From Octopus sinensis (lineage: Eukaryota), in assembly GCF_006345805.1 (NCBI RefSeq), contig NC_042999.1:119722001-119786000 (forward strand): a DNA stretch of 64,000 nt. Direction: 5' to 3'. Below, in pieces: positions 49,700 through 63,160 of this stretch. Below the pieces are notes generated by a model. It had not been told where the DNA came from, ran no database searches, and worked only from the letters and a program-made list of their open reading frames with translations. Both the position numbers and the translations under genes were made by a program. How positions within the stretch are numbered: the first letter of the stretch is position 1; each line of letters opens with the position of its first letter.

Positions 49700-51330
49700 A
49701 GGCTAGTTGGGTCGGCAAAGTGGGAGACATGTATGTTGATATTTCCCAACTCGTGGCTTACCACATTGTAGATCTTGAAAACACCTTGCAACAACCTGGA
49801 AGGTGGATAGATGAATTGATTTCTTTTGGCAAACGTCGTACAACAATGTAGTGTTGATCGAACTCCACATTTTGGGTATAAAGTTGACTGAAGTGTAACT
49901 AAATGTAAGTTAAAGATGTACGTGGTTGCCATAAACACATGCTTACTGAATCAGCCACAACTGTAAGAAAGAAATAGGTTTGAATCTGGATTGCAATTGT
50001 CAATGTCAAATGCTATAAATAACGTGAGATAACTGACCACGATCGACCGTCTGTCTTAATGACATTGCGCTGTGGCGGAGAATAACAAACGAGTTGAATT
50101 ATACAATAGTCAAGAAATTGCTCTAATTGTGAAAAAAATTCATTCAAGAAATAGATTGTCTGATGACAGTGAAATACATTTTTGAGCTGAAGTGAATTAA
50201 ATAAACTACATAATATCTGAAGCATATTTTAGCTATTCCAGTGTTTTTTATTGCCTACGGAGAGACAGAGATACAGTGATAAAAATCACTGAGTCATCGA
50301 GTAGTTAGAAGACAGATTGTAGAGGGTGTTGGAAGAGATGGTGCTCTGGAAAGTCTTGCTTGACTAAGTAGAGGTAGCATATTGCAACAATAAAGAATTG
50401 ATGGAGAAATTCCTCCCATCTATCAAATTTCGAGTGAAGAATCTAGGTGTAGTCGGGTAGGGTGGGGCCGTGTTATAATAGGAGTTTTATTCTTATTAAA
50501 AATAAGAAATTCTGAGAGAAATTTGGATGTCAGTTTGTGTGCACTAAAATTTGGAAATGAATGCTGATGTGTTGAAGATATTGCTCCGAGTGGATCGTAG
50601 AAGGTTCTGAAGACATAACTTCTACGATCCACTCGGAGCAATATCTTCAACACATCAGCATTCATTTCCAAATTTTAGTGCACACAAACTGACATCCAAA
50701 TTTCTCTCAGAATTTCTTATTTTTAATAAGAATAAAACTCCTATTATAACACGGCCCCACCCTACCCGATTACACCTAGATTCTTCACTCGAAATTTGAT
50801 AGATGGAAGGAATTTCTCCATCAATTCTTTATTGTTGCAATATGCTACCTCTACTTAGTCAAGCAAGACTTTCCAGAGCACCATCTCTTCCAACACCCTC
50901 TACAATCTGTCTTCTAACAACTCGATGACTCAGTGATTTTTATCACTGTATCTCTGTCTCTCAGTAGGCAATAAAAAACACTGGAATAGCTAAAATATGC
51001 TTCAGATATTATGTAGTTTATTTAATTCACTTCAGCTCAAAAATGTATTTCACTGTCATCAGACAATCTATTTCTTGAATGAATTTTTTTCACAATTAGA
51101 GCAATTTCTTGACTATTGTATAATTCAACTCGTTTGATGTAAGATGAGGAAGTACAGGTACCCAGAAATTGGTACCTGAAAATGATGAGTTGTAGCTAGA
51201 AAAGTAGTGTCCGCCGGTATGATACTTCAATCATCCTGTACTCGATGAGTTCTTGTGAGCTGGAATATCATCGCCCTATAGTTTTGTTGTTCATGAACAT
51301 GTGAAAATAGTTTTAGGATTTTCAATTGGC
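49700..51330 (-). pseudogene. Possible degraded Mutator-like (MULE) transposase relic, partly inverted-duplicated
   Basis: Weak minus-strand resemblance to MULE motifs: LEQFLDY...WSVISR.L (50030-50140), CVYGNH...PKMWSSI (49850-49945), GGHYFSSYNS (51180-51225). Many stops; motifs matched by eye only. Confidence 0.3.
50086..51136. repeat. Near-perfect long inverted repeat: 518-bp arms, 15-nt spacer
   Basis: 50086-50603 is the reverse complement of 50619-51136 with 4 substitutions found by eye; spacer GTTCTGAAGACATAA. Confidence 0.97.
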
Positions 51331-52451
51331 TCAATGAAAATGAATTCTTCCATCATTACAAGAAAATTGCTTCTCACTCGAAAATTATCGAAAATGAACT
51401 AGTAAGGAATATTAAAATAAAAAGTTTATATCAAGCATAGCGGACAGTAATCTGTATATTTATAATACTCACACACAGATTATTAATAAGCCTGTTACAG
51501 ATTTACATTTTATTTGTGGAAGGTTAACCTTATAGTCTTCGGTTTTAAAATAATTGTTTCGATCATCTAATCAATATCTGTGAAAGGATAAATATATTGG
51601 TTTTTATCATTCTTGTTTCCAGATTTGAATAAAAATCCGGTGATATTTTAAATGTATTAACGTAACGTTTATAGCTGCAGAAGTAATGTGTGCTTGTAAG
51701 AAGTATGGACTTCATTAGATTCCTTTGGCTTAAGCGTTATAACACGTTTGATTAGACATTTTAACGAAACGAAAAAACTTCATAAAAGCTACTCAGCTGG
51801 TCAACATTAACTTGAAGATGCTAGAATTTCTGTTACCGAAGTATTATTAGAAAGGCTAGAGGGTGTAAATTTCGTTTCGTCACATACAGGGAATCAATAA
51901 TAGTGTATTGCCAAACAACTGTATTGTGTTTCTCACATAAAATTTGTGCAGCATAAACCATCCACCGCCACTTTCTAAATAGGAAACGTAATTAATTTCG
52001 ACTTGTCACTACATTCCAATCTCCTTCTGAAGGATGTTGGGAAGGTCTTACCTAGTCATGCAATATGATGTATGGTACTTGATATTATTAAGCATGCAGC
52101 AGGTTTCTTTGCGGTTATAAATCACAAACAAACACAATACCCAGTTAAGTATAGGTCTGAAAACCCAGTTTCCATATATACATTAGAATATCGAATATGA
52201 ACATGACTTATGGACTTGCTTTGTACAACTATGTACATAAGTGCAATACGTGTATGCTCACACACACATATGCATACATATATACGCACACATATACATA
52301 AGTATATTACATAATATCGAGGTCTCTTTCATTCTTTTGTTGTCTTACCATTACTATTATATATATATATATTATATATATATATATATATTGTCGTGAT
52401 AAATAATAAATTCTTGTATATTTCATCTTCCGTCATTCATTTACCATACAC

Positions 52452-52563
<112 letters not shown>

Positions 52564-52614
52564 TATATACATAGATATATATACATATATACATATATAT
52601 ATATATACATATAC

Positions 52615-52660
<46 letters not shown>

Positions 52661-52735
52661 AATATATATATATACATAGATATATATACATATATATATA
52701 TATAATATATATATATACATATATATATATAAATG

Positions 52736-52804
<69 letters not shown>

Positions 52805-52815
52805 GTATCTAACTA

Positions 52816-53400
52816 CGAGGTCTGATCAATAATTATCAGGGCTGTTGCCATAGTAACGAAGTTCAAGCACGTAGACTGAATCCGCTTGGCAAATATTGAC
52901 ATTCACTTCTGCTGTGCATGTGTACTGAGTTTTAACGTTGTAGTTAACTTCTGCTGTTTACACTAGTACTTGCAATGAAGGTGTGTAGCGTACCATCGTT
53001 GCATTGACCGTGAGAGAGAAAGTTGTCAAGACGATACCTACTCAGAGTCCTACGCAAAGCTGCAGAACGAGTATGGTGACGATTGTATGAGCTGCACACA
53101 AATGTACAAGTGCTTCAGACGTTTCCAAGGTGGAAGTTCTGAGACGGACGTTCTGAGAGACCCGCAACCTGCAGAACTGAGAAAAACATCGCACATGTGC
53201 CTGCAGCTGTGAGCGGGAATCGTCGAATCAGAGGATGTGCAGATTAGTTACGGTTCAGTTCAGTCCATTATCACTGAAGATTTGGGTATGAGACGCGTGT
53301 TTGCCAAGTTTATGCCCAAACTGCTTTCAGCTGAGCAAAAGGACACTCGGTTCTTAGTTGCACAAGATATTGATTGTATCAAGAACGATGAAGTATTTTT
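52816..53400 (+). mobile_element. mariner 5' fragment (TIR, leader and N-terminal HTH coding region)
   Basis: TA|CGAGGTCTGATCAATAA start; SESYAKLQNEYGDDCMSCTQMYKCFRRFQGG; ISYGSVQSIITEDLGMRRVFAKFMPKLLSAEQK. Confidence 0.85.
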
Positions 53401-53580
53401 GAAAACTTTGTGTAGGCCCCAGAGCAGGTATCGCCAATCTTTTGGCAAAATTTAATGCAGATTCTCTGCTCGTCATCCTCTGTCATGGTCAATGCAAAGA
53501 TCACACGCTACACGTTTTCTTTCCAAGCACTGCTGTAAACAGCAGAAGTGAGCTAGAACGTTAAAACTTACTGCACATGT
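53400..53580 (-). mobile_element. Second mariner 5' fragment in opposite orientation
   Basis: Reverse complement of the 52917-53020 leader (about 80% similar by eye), followed by MTEDDEQRICIKFCQKIGDTCSGAYTKF. Confidence 0.75.
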
Positions 53581-54124
53581 ACAACAGAGTTCATGATCAA
53601 TTTGTGCCAAGTAACTTCACCCTGGGTGTTTTAGCTTTGTTACTAAGGCAACATTCCGGATACTTATTGATCAAACCAAGTATCTATCTATATCTATATC
53701 TACACACATACAACACACACTTATATATATATATACACACACACACATATTACTTAGTTCATTTGACCCACATTATTAAGCCTATTTCCAAGACGACTTT
53801 CCCAGCCACACAGATATTTTCACACAGAACCATTCACTTAACAAATTAAAGATACAGAATGCTTTGGTAGAAACGTCCAAAAAATACTTCCATGTGTATT
53901 ACAAATTAATTTTTCCCGCACTTGAATGCACAAACACATATCACACATAGATGAATTACATATACCTTTATACCAGCATACCTTACACATATATCCACAT
54001 GTATATACATCTGATTACCTACATTAGATTATAACGGAGACTTATCTGATTGTATTCACTAGAACAGCTTCTACTCTCAGGCAAAAACCATCCAAGGAAG
54101 CACTACTAAAGAAGATTGTTACGT

Positions 54125-54173
<49 letters not shown>

Positions 54174-54560
54174 GTACATACATACATAGATACATACATG
54201 TATATATGCATATATATATGAGTGTGTATATATATATACATCTATATATATAAACATATATAAATATACACACATACATACACACACACACATAAATATA
54301 TATATATATTACATATTTGTGAACGCGTGCGCGAGTGTATATGTAGTGTGTGAGTGTGTTTGCAAGTGTGTATGTATGTACGGGCTTGCGTGTTTATATG
54401 GGTGCTTGTGTATGTGTGTATTTATTTGTGAATAGATAGATATGTGGCCGTAAATTTTTTATATTTGAAGATAGGTGCAAATGCAGTTTGGGAAAATTAC
54501 GTGTGTGGGTGGGGTGAATATTTATTTTTGATCATATGATTGATGCAAAATTAACGTAGA

Positions 54561-54650
<90 letters not shown>

Positions 54651-55319
54651 TACTATGTATGATTTTTCTTTCAGTTTTATTTAACTTCTTCTTAATAGAA
54701 TTTAAGTCAGTCGCTAATAAAGCGTCAAGACTTTTTGAGTTAAGAGAGTTCCCGGTGTTTGAAAATATGTAGTTGAGTTGGTGCATACTGTTGGCGAACT
54801 GTTGATGCATACACCCAAGTGTGTGTATCTATTCACATGAGAATATCAGATGGAAACATTTTGGAATGTCATGTCCGTATGTCTGTATGTATGTATGTAT
54901 GTCCGGATGTACGTATGTATGTATGTATGTATGTATGTATGTATGTATGTATGTATGTATGTATGTGTATGTATGTATGTATGTATGTATGCATGCATGT
55001 CATTATTTAGTTTATTTCAAGATATCTTGCCAATAAATCCAAGGCTCCCGCATTGGAATTTCAACATCAACAACAGGGCATTTTTGAATGTATGTATGTA
55101 TGTATACATGTATGTATGTATGTATGTATGTATGTGTGTGTGTGTGTGTGTGGTGTGTGTGTGTGTATGTGCCGATTTGTATGTTTTATGTATGTATTCT
55201 TATGTATATAGTTACATATGCAGACATGCTCATATATATTTAAATGATAAACTTGTGGGAAGTTTTACAGATTTTTACAGTGATTATTGGATCTGTATTT
55301 ATGTATGTATCAATCTTTT

Positions 55320-55376
<57 letters not shown>

Positions 55377-57199
55377 CTCCTGTTTTTCTATCGGCCGGTT
55401 TGCTTGTCTATCTGTTTGACTATCAGTTTGCATGTCCATCTATCTATGTATCGATCTGTCTGTCTGTTTGTTTATCTATCTATCTCTTTATCTATCTTTC
55501 TATCTGTCAATATCCGTGCTTACCTTTCTACTCATCAGACTACCTATCTCTATATTGATTTATCTGTCCTTATATCTGCATTTCCCTCATTGTCTTCCCG
55601 TGTCACTGTATCTCTGATTCAGTCACTTTCGTTCTCATTACCTCTCTAGAATTCTCTTCTTTTTATTTCCTTTCTCCGTATGTGAATGTCCATGCACAAA
55701 ATATTTGTTACAGAAAAGATTTAAAGCTACAGATTGCTTGTAGCGTGGATTTGTAACTCATCACTGTGCCACACTGAGTTCATGCTTTGCTATTGTGTCT
55801 AAGAATATTTCAACACTGTTAGACTTAATCTTTAAGGATAGTGGGAATGTGAATCGGGTAAACATTTCCCAATTACACACCTTTACAGAAAACTATTTCA
55901 CAGAAATATTCTAAAACTGAGTCAGAGTAGCCCGCTCAACATGAAATATCTTAGAACACATAAACGAACAAAATATATGAAGATATACAGATGGAAAACT
56001 AAATGCATGCTGCCATTTCAAACATGACTGTTCCATAAGAACCAACGTTACTGCCACTTTTAACCCTGAGAGGACTCCACCTGTGGCTAGGTATCGATGC
56101 AATCTGCACCCGACATATATTGCAAGCAGGGGAGCGAAATGTTTAAATGTATGCTCTCTTAATTTATCTTGCGATATTTAAGTGATAATACATGTCACAG
56201 AACCAAACTTAAATATATTGAGCTCTATATAAGTATGGTGGAAGGCAAAGTTTAAAGAAAGATACATTGTTTTTAATTCTTCCGCTAAAATTACAAAAGA
56301 GTAGATAACCATGTTATCAGTTTCACGTTGAATTTGGAAGATTATGATGTTGATTTTGATATCTGCAGCGACTAATATGATTGGTTTATAATGAAAAAGA
56401 ATCATTAAAAAATAATAACATTCTGCATTATATCTAAGTACAAAAATAGTGGTTTTGCCAAGTACTAACACTGAGATAAGTATCTTCTAAAATACTGAAA
56501 GCTCCCCTTTCCATCAGATTAAATGGACCAACGCTGTATTATCAGACACTGTTCTTATTTAACAATCTTACATCCTGTATTTTCTTTATAAAAACTGTTT
56601 GATAATTACCTGATTAACTGGTTTTCCAGAAATCAATATAACTTTATAACACTCTGAATTTCCTTACATATTCCCATAGTTGATGTTTTGTATTTTCTCT
56701 GTTTTACTGTATTTTTAATTATCATTTCAATATTAAATGTTTGCTCACACATATTTTCATTTTGTTACATCCATTTTTAGCTATCCAAAGGATATACCAT
56801 TCCTGCATGTGCTTCAATGCCAAAATTGTGTCAGTTACAGTATGTTTGGTTTAGAAAAGAATAACTGGATATCACTTAATATGTGCCCGAGTTCTCTTTA
56901 AAAATAACGGCTATTTATAATGATACAACACTTTTTAATTAATTTTAACTCAATATGAAACTTGCATAGCGAGATTTTTATGTAATGGACTTAATAATTT
57001 AATAGTCTCACACAGAAACACAAACATACACAATATACATTATGCAAATATATATTAGAAAATTAATCATGTCTTTTAGGTAATATGAACGTGACTGATC
57101 GACTCTTCGATAGCTATTATTTCAGAAATGTATTACACTGAATTTCATCCAACAGAGATTTGAATAGAATTTTAAATTTGAATTACCTTCTCAATATTC

Positions 57200-57625
57200 A
57201 GCATCATCGACAGTGGACTGTGGATTAGCAAAATCATTAGAATATGAAACAAAATGCCTTATTGTATTTAGTTACAGCCCTTCTTGGTCTGAGTTCAAAT
57301 TCCGCTACGGTGAAGTTTGCCTTTTAGGAGTCGATAAAATAAAGGATCAATCAAATACTAGATTAGATTTCCTCGACTACACTGTCCTTGTGGAAGAATG
57401 CTCTGCTACAATATCAGCATAACGCGTAAATAAGAACAGCGGATCGGCAGAATCGCTATAATGTTGCCGTATTCGGTTTCGGTTGTTTACGTTCTCCGTG
57501 CATCTTCCATGGAAGTTGATTTTTATTCTTTAAGAGTCAATAAAATATATAGAGTGACAACCAGCTATTGAGATCGATTAAATCGCCTAAGCTCTTCTCT
57601 TTAAACTTTCTAGCATTGTGCTAAT
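57200..57625 (+). mobile_element. Two degraded SINE family A copies
   Basis: GGTCTGAGTTCAAATTCCGCTACGGTGAAGTTTGCC...GAGTCGATAAAATAA and GGATCGGCAGAATCGC...TTACGTTCT...GATCGATTAAATCG. Confidence 0.55.
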
Positions 57626-59019
57626 GTCTTGAATATTATTATCTCACTTTAAAATAATATATAAGGGTATTTCAATACTCTTGTATATTATTAATAAGTA
57701 TTTTTTGTATACTCAGGTCTATTCCCCATTGTTTTTAGGTGTGAGTAGCCACAACAAGACACACACCAGGCATTTCATTCATTTTCCTGCACAAAGAGGT
57801 GACTCTCATCCTATGCTCGGGTCAGGGTATAGAACGCAATCCCCAATATCAGCAGCGGGGTCCTACAGCATATGCTGGTTTACCCCACCCCGTCACAACA
57901 TATAGGGTATGTTAATCGGTAATAGAAATTTGTGAATTTGAAAATAACATTAGATGCTTAACAAATTTCCAAGAAGAAATTTGAAGAAAAATCTATCTAC
58001 AAGTTATCTTTGTGAACAATTATATCTAAAATATAAGGGAACATAAAATCAAATTTGAACAAATATTGTTTCACATTTTCTCTAAATCATTAATGTTCAT
58101 GATTTACATGATTCAATATATGCAAACTTTAGTGTATTACTGATTGAATCATAAGTTATTAGCATTTACCTCCACCTTGAAAGTGAGTAAAATGCAGTGC
58201 ACTTGAATATAGTTGCATCCTTTGAAATATATTCTAACTAGCATAAACATATTTTCTTCGGTTTGTGTTCAATAATTGTTAGCGATCAGCACTATTAACA
58301 ATAAGCTACAATAATAATATCAGTTATTTTCTCTTCCTAACAATTTGCAGCAAAAGAAAATGGCTATAATGCCTCTGTCCGGACTTTAGAAAGTATATTA
58401 AGTATATTTACTGAAACGAAGTTGTTTCGGTAATACACTACTCCCTGAAAACGATGTTTTCTTTCGAAGCAAACTCCATTTTTGCTTTCTGCGGAAAAGT
58501 CAAATTACTATAGTTAGAAAACAAATCTGGTTTCTGATTAGCAGTAAAAAAATAAAGGATAAAACAGCACCAAGAGCACTTATTTCTAGAATCAGCTAGC
58601 TCAAACTCAGATACCCAGTTGAAGTCCTAATTTAGGTGAAGATTGATACTGGAACCTATGAATAAGTGTGGTTCCACTTATTCATAGCTTTCTCTAGGGT
58701 AAAGAGTGGAATATCTCTCCTTGTATTCTATAGACCGGTGTTCTTAAATTAGGTTTACAAAGAAAGCAATAAATGTAGACAGCCAAATGAGTCATTACTG
58801 CGGAAATAAAGAGTGCTTAAACAAAATCATCATTATAGGTTTTAATAAGTAATGATCCAAGGCTATTACACATCAAAAGAAATATTCCTGATAATACAGG
58901 ACAAAAAATAAAATCAAACTTGTGTATACTTAGATAATTTCCGGCTTTGAATTGGCCATGACTAATTTAATACCACTACCTGTAAGAGATATTTAATGAT
59001 GTTTTATATTACTGTCATT

Positions 59020-60195
59020 GTTTAGGCACCATAGCCCATTCGTGTAAAAAGTTATCGTTTGGAGAGATATATCCCAGTGTTGGCAGTTTATCTGGAATTT
59101 GTTGGAGATATGCATACATGAACTGTTCAAACGTTATATCTTTTTCTCCGCTTATGTGTCTTGGCATGATGTGAAAAAGAGCAGTGCAAATTGAGGTGAA
59201 ATAGATCGGTCTTGCGATGTGACGTGAGAATGATTTTTGTTGGGGATGGAGGGTACAATAGCCAATACTTGGGTGAATTTTTAAATTGATGCCGTCATCA
59301 TTTGGGAAATGCTGTTGGAATAATAAATGAAATAACGCTCACAACGGCGCTGGAAGGAATAAAGTTTGAGCTTCGTGAACTGATCCCAATAATCACGATC
59401 AGTCAAGTCGTTTACTTTTATTTATTTTGTTTTTTGTGATTGATATCTGGAGTGCTTCAGTTTTTATATTTTCTTTCGACGCGGGAAGCCATAGCAAACA
59501 ACACTATTCGAGGCGAGGACGGGCAAAGATGGAGAAGAAAAGGAAAATCGCTTGAGCGGAAAGGCCGAAAGATTCAGAAACATGTCCTGTGGTCTATGTC
59601 AAATTTGATGCTTATATGGGAGCTCCGACAATTACTCGGTGATCCCTATCGGTGTTTGATACTGTATGGAGTGCACCTTTGAGGGAAGAGTGCATGCCAG
59701 CCTACATGCAGCCTCTTTACTGAAGAGGATTAATTAATATTTACTCTCATTCAGCTGTGTGTTATGTCCCCCCCCCACCATTGGATAAAAGCGAGCAGGT
59801 CCGATCGGAAATTTGTCCGGTCTCCTACCCTGTCAACGACTTTCAGAAGCTTAAAGTCAGCCGCGAAAATTCTAATACAGCTGTGTTTCATGACGTCAAT
59901 GATGTCATTGATGAGAATAATGAAAATGAGTGGGACCTATACAATGCCTCGTGAGACACCACGGACGACAGTTGCTAAGCTTGATCGAACACCATCGATT
60001 ACCACAAGTGGGTTCTGTTCACCAGAAAGCATTCAATCCACTTTGATAATTTCCTCCCCACCAAGTCTCCAATGCTGGATGGTTCCTTTAACAGAATTCG
60101 GTGATCAACCTTGCCGAAGACCATGCTGAAGATCAGACAAATGACATCTGCACTGGGATCTTCTCTCAGGGTCTTTAGTCATAGTTTTTGAACGA
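59020..60195 (-). pseudogene. CR1-clade LINE fragment (RT through C-terminus), degraded
   Basis: ADVICLIFSMVFGKVDHRILL, KWIECFLVNR, VVRGVSRGIV*VPLIFIILINDI, IRIFAADFKL (decayed FADD), FARPRLE*CCLLW, KLKLYSFQRRCERY, and MPRHI...YLQQIPDKLPTLGYISPNDN. Confidence 0.85.
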
Positions 60196-61663
60196 ATAAT
60201 ATACTCTTGGAATGAGAGAAAAACTTACTGTACAATTTTTAGTACTTTTCCAAATTTAAATTTCATTGATAAAAATATATTAGTGTCTTTTAGAATCTAT
60301 TGCATGATATAGAAAGGTTAATAAATATAGGTATGAATGATTTAGCAATCGGAATAACGATGGCACTGCGAGATGCACTAGACGACCTCAAGGAAGTACC
60401 ACGCAAAGTTTTCCATTGTAAATTTAGCGTAAGTTTATCTAAAATTTCCCAAACTTTCTAACTTGGCGATTCTACTAGAACAGCGGGGTATGCTTTAGAA
60501 TCCCAGGCAAGCCAACGATATGTTTTGAGTAAAAGTGGTAAAAATGTGAACCAAAACCAAGAAATGAAGATGATGCAATGAAATAACATACCTCAAATTC
60601 GAATTTATAAGTGTATCACAATAGTCCAGTACGGATGTACGTTGGAAGCGGAAACGAATATATTTTCATCCATTTTAAGAGGTTGGCTCAGCTCATGTAA
60701 GCTTTTCTTTGAAAAATCACGGAACTTTAAGTATAAGAAGTAGAAAAAAGATATACCAGAAATGTGAATCAAGAAACTTATATTCTATGAATATAGAAGC
60801 ATAAAATTTGTAAACCTGTTAATATTGTTAATTGTTTCGTGAAAAACCAGTAAGATGGAATATGCAGACCATTTCCTCGAGACTTATCTAGAAAGTGTAC
60901 AAATAGTATAAAATATACAGCAAGTTACATCAACAATCTTTACATTAAACTAAAATAAAAATCAATTTCCAACAACTGATATAGTATATTGATACAATAT
61001 AACAAAAATAAACGAACTAAGTGAAGACACTACAGTGACTGGCGTCTTCCCCGAATTTTACTATTCGTGCAAATCTAATTTCAATTTTATCTATAATCAC
61101 CTGCAAACATGCCATCAGTAGCTGACTTAATTGAATCGTGCAACCCGGGAAATATATCGGCATTAAAAGAGGCCATGACCTGCCTTATATTCAGAGAAAG
61201 AAGCATAAACGTAATTACTTGCTCTCGTGTTAATATCAGCACTCGTACTTTTTAGGTGTTGTTTAGTAGAAGCAAAGAGTAAAATTTTTACCTTCCTCTA
61301 CTCTTTTTATGAATATGAAAAGATTGTGGAAATCAGTGCAAAATCTTTAGTGACAATTCCTTTTTATTTACGTAGAGAAAGGGTGGTAATCAACGTAAAC
61401 TTTTCTTTAATATAGATATAGGTATAGCTGATGTCCAGACTGAACTTCTGTAGATTTTTTTGAATTGTAAGTTCAAAGGAAACTTCTAGAATAAAAATAA
61501 AGAGTTATTTATTTCGTAATGTATAAATTGAGTAAGATATATCCGCGATGGCAATAGGAATAGAAGTAAGTTCGAAGAAAGTTTGATAGTCCAGATGAAC
61601 AAACTCTATGAGGAAACAAGACAGTGCACATCAGATTGGTGGATAAGAAGTGTAGTTAATATT

Positions 61664-61875
61664 GGTTTCAAATTTTTGCACAAGGCCAGCAATTCGGGAG
61701 AAGAGATAAAACGATTATACCGTCTCTAGTGCTCAACCGATACTTATTTTACCGACTTCTAAAGGTTGAATGGCAATTAACTTTGGCGGCATTTGAACTC
61801 AGAACGTAAAGACGGACGAAATGTCGCTAAATGCTTTGATCATCGTGCTAATGATTCTGCCAGCTCATCGCCTTT
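61664..61875 (-). mobile_element. SINE family A
   Basis: TTGGTTTCAAATTTTTGCACAAGGCCAGC...ATTTGAACTCAGAACGTAAAGACGGACGAAATG...GATTCTGCCAGCTCATCGCCTT. Confidence 0.85.
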
Positions 61876-62386
61876 TAGTGTAGTTAATATTGCCATGACT
61901 TTCATTTTCGTCCCCCACTAATGGTATGTATAGTAAATTTTCTGTCACAGACATATGAGTAGAACACTAATAAGACAAAACTTAGCACTTGGTCTTCTAT
62001 AGAGGTTCGTTCTTTGTGCGTAAAGCGTCGTGCGAAGTATAATCGGTGTTCGTAAGGTAAATAATCGAACATTAAAAATAATAAGAGAACAAGAAGACGT
62101 GAACATGGAATGTACTAGTTGGACACGCGGTAAAACGATAGGGTTTCTGATATTTTGAGCATAACTCTTTGTCAGAAATAAAAAATCAGAATAAAAAATC
62201 CAGAGAAAGAACATTGAAATGGAAAGAGATAATGAAAGTGGATTTTGGGAATAGGAGAGTGCGAAAATGGCCAGTGTGTATGTGGTAGTATCTGTGTGCG
62301 TGTGTGTTTGTGTTTATGTGAATGATGTATGTATAATGGTGTTAATCAACGAGCAGGTTAGTGGCGGGTGTTCAATTCGGCAGGTG

Positions 62387-63160
62387 GGATCTTTTCCTTT
62401 TGAACGGCAGTTTTCAACACAATTTCTAGTTAACTAAACACATTTAAACTTCGTATACTGGTAGAATGTGTCAAAATAAAACATTTTTTCTCTTGGCTTT
62501 CTTGAGAAAATTGTAATTTGTAAGTTTAACGTAGTTTAATTTTTCGAATTTTAGCCAATCCTATATAACTCTTTATTTTTATTCTAGAAGTTAGCTAAAA
62601 TCATTTGCTGCTTCTAAAACTGACAACATCCTGTCACTAACCCTAACCCTCACCCTAACCCTAAATTTTAGCCTTTCGTTTTTTTTCTTAATTGTTAAAT
62701 TAATTTAAGGATAACAATTAAGAAAAAAATACGAAAGGCTAAAACGAAAGCAATGGGAAATAATTTTAATTTAACAATTAAGAAAAAAAACGAAAGGCTA
62801 AACGAAAGCAAAAACTCAAAACAAAAACAAAACGAATAATTTTAGACACACGCGTAACAATTAAATTAATTTAATAATTAAGAAAAAAAAAACGAAAGGC
62901 TAAAATTTAGGGTTAGGATTAGGGTTAGGGTTAGTGACGGGATGTTGTCTCAGTTTTAGACGCAGCAAATGATTTTAGCTAAATAGAGGATTGGTTAAAA
63001 TTCAAAAAATTAAACTACGTTAAACTTACAAATTACAATTTTCTCAAGAAAGCCAAGAGAAAAATGCTTTATTTTGACACATTCTACCAGTATACGAAGT
63101 TTAAAAGTGTTTAGTTAACTAGAAATTGTGTTGAAAACTGCCGTTCAAAGGAAAAGATCC
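62387..63160. mobile_element. Non-autonomous long-TIR DNA transposon (774 bp), GG...CC ends, 8-bp TSD; Merlin- or MULE-type
   Basis: TSD GGCAGGTG at 62379-62386 and 63161-63168; ends GGATCTTTTCC / GGAAAAGATCC. TIRs of ~300 bp contain (TAACCC)-like tetramers at 62637-62664 and 62907-62934. The core carries repeats of ACAATTAAGAAAAAAA(A)CGAAAGGCTAAA. Confidence 0.88.

Noticed and set aside
55990-56140. Minus-strand peptide SNVGSYGTVMFEMA resembling kinase subdomain IX
   Set aside because: The invariant D and W are missing, a stop follows within a few codons, and there are no credible splice sites or other kinase motifs.
62637-62934. Interstitial telomere or chromosome-fusion scar
   Set aside because: Only four imperfect units per side, lying symmetrically inside the TIRs of a TSD-flanked element, so the transposon explains them.
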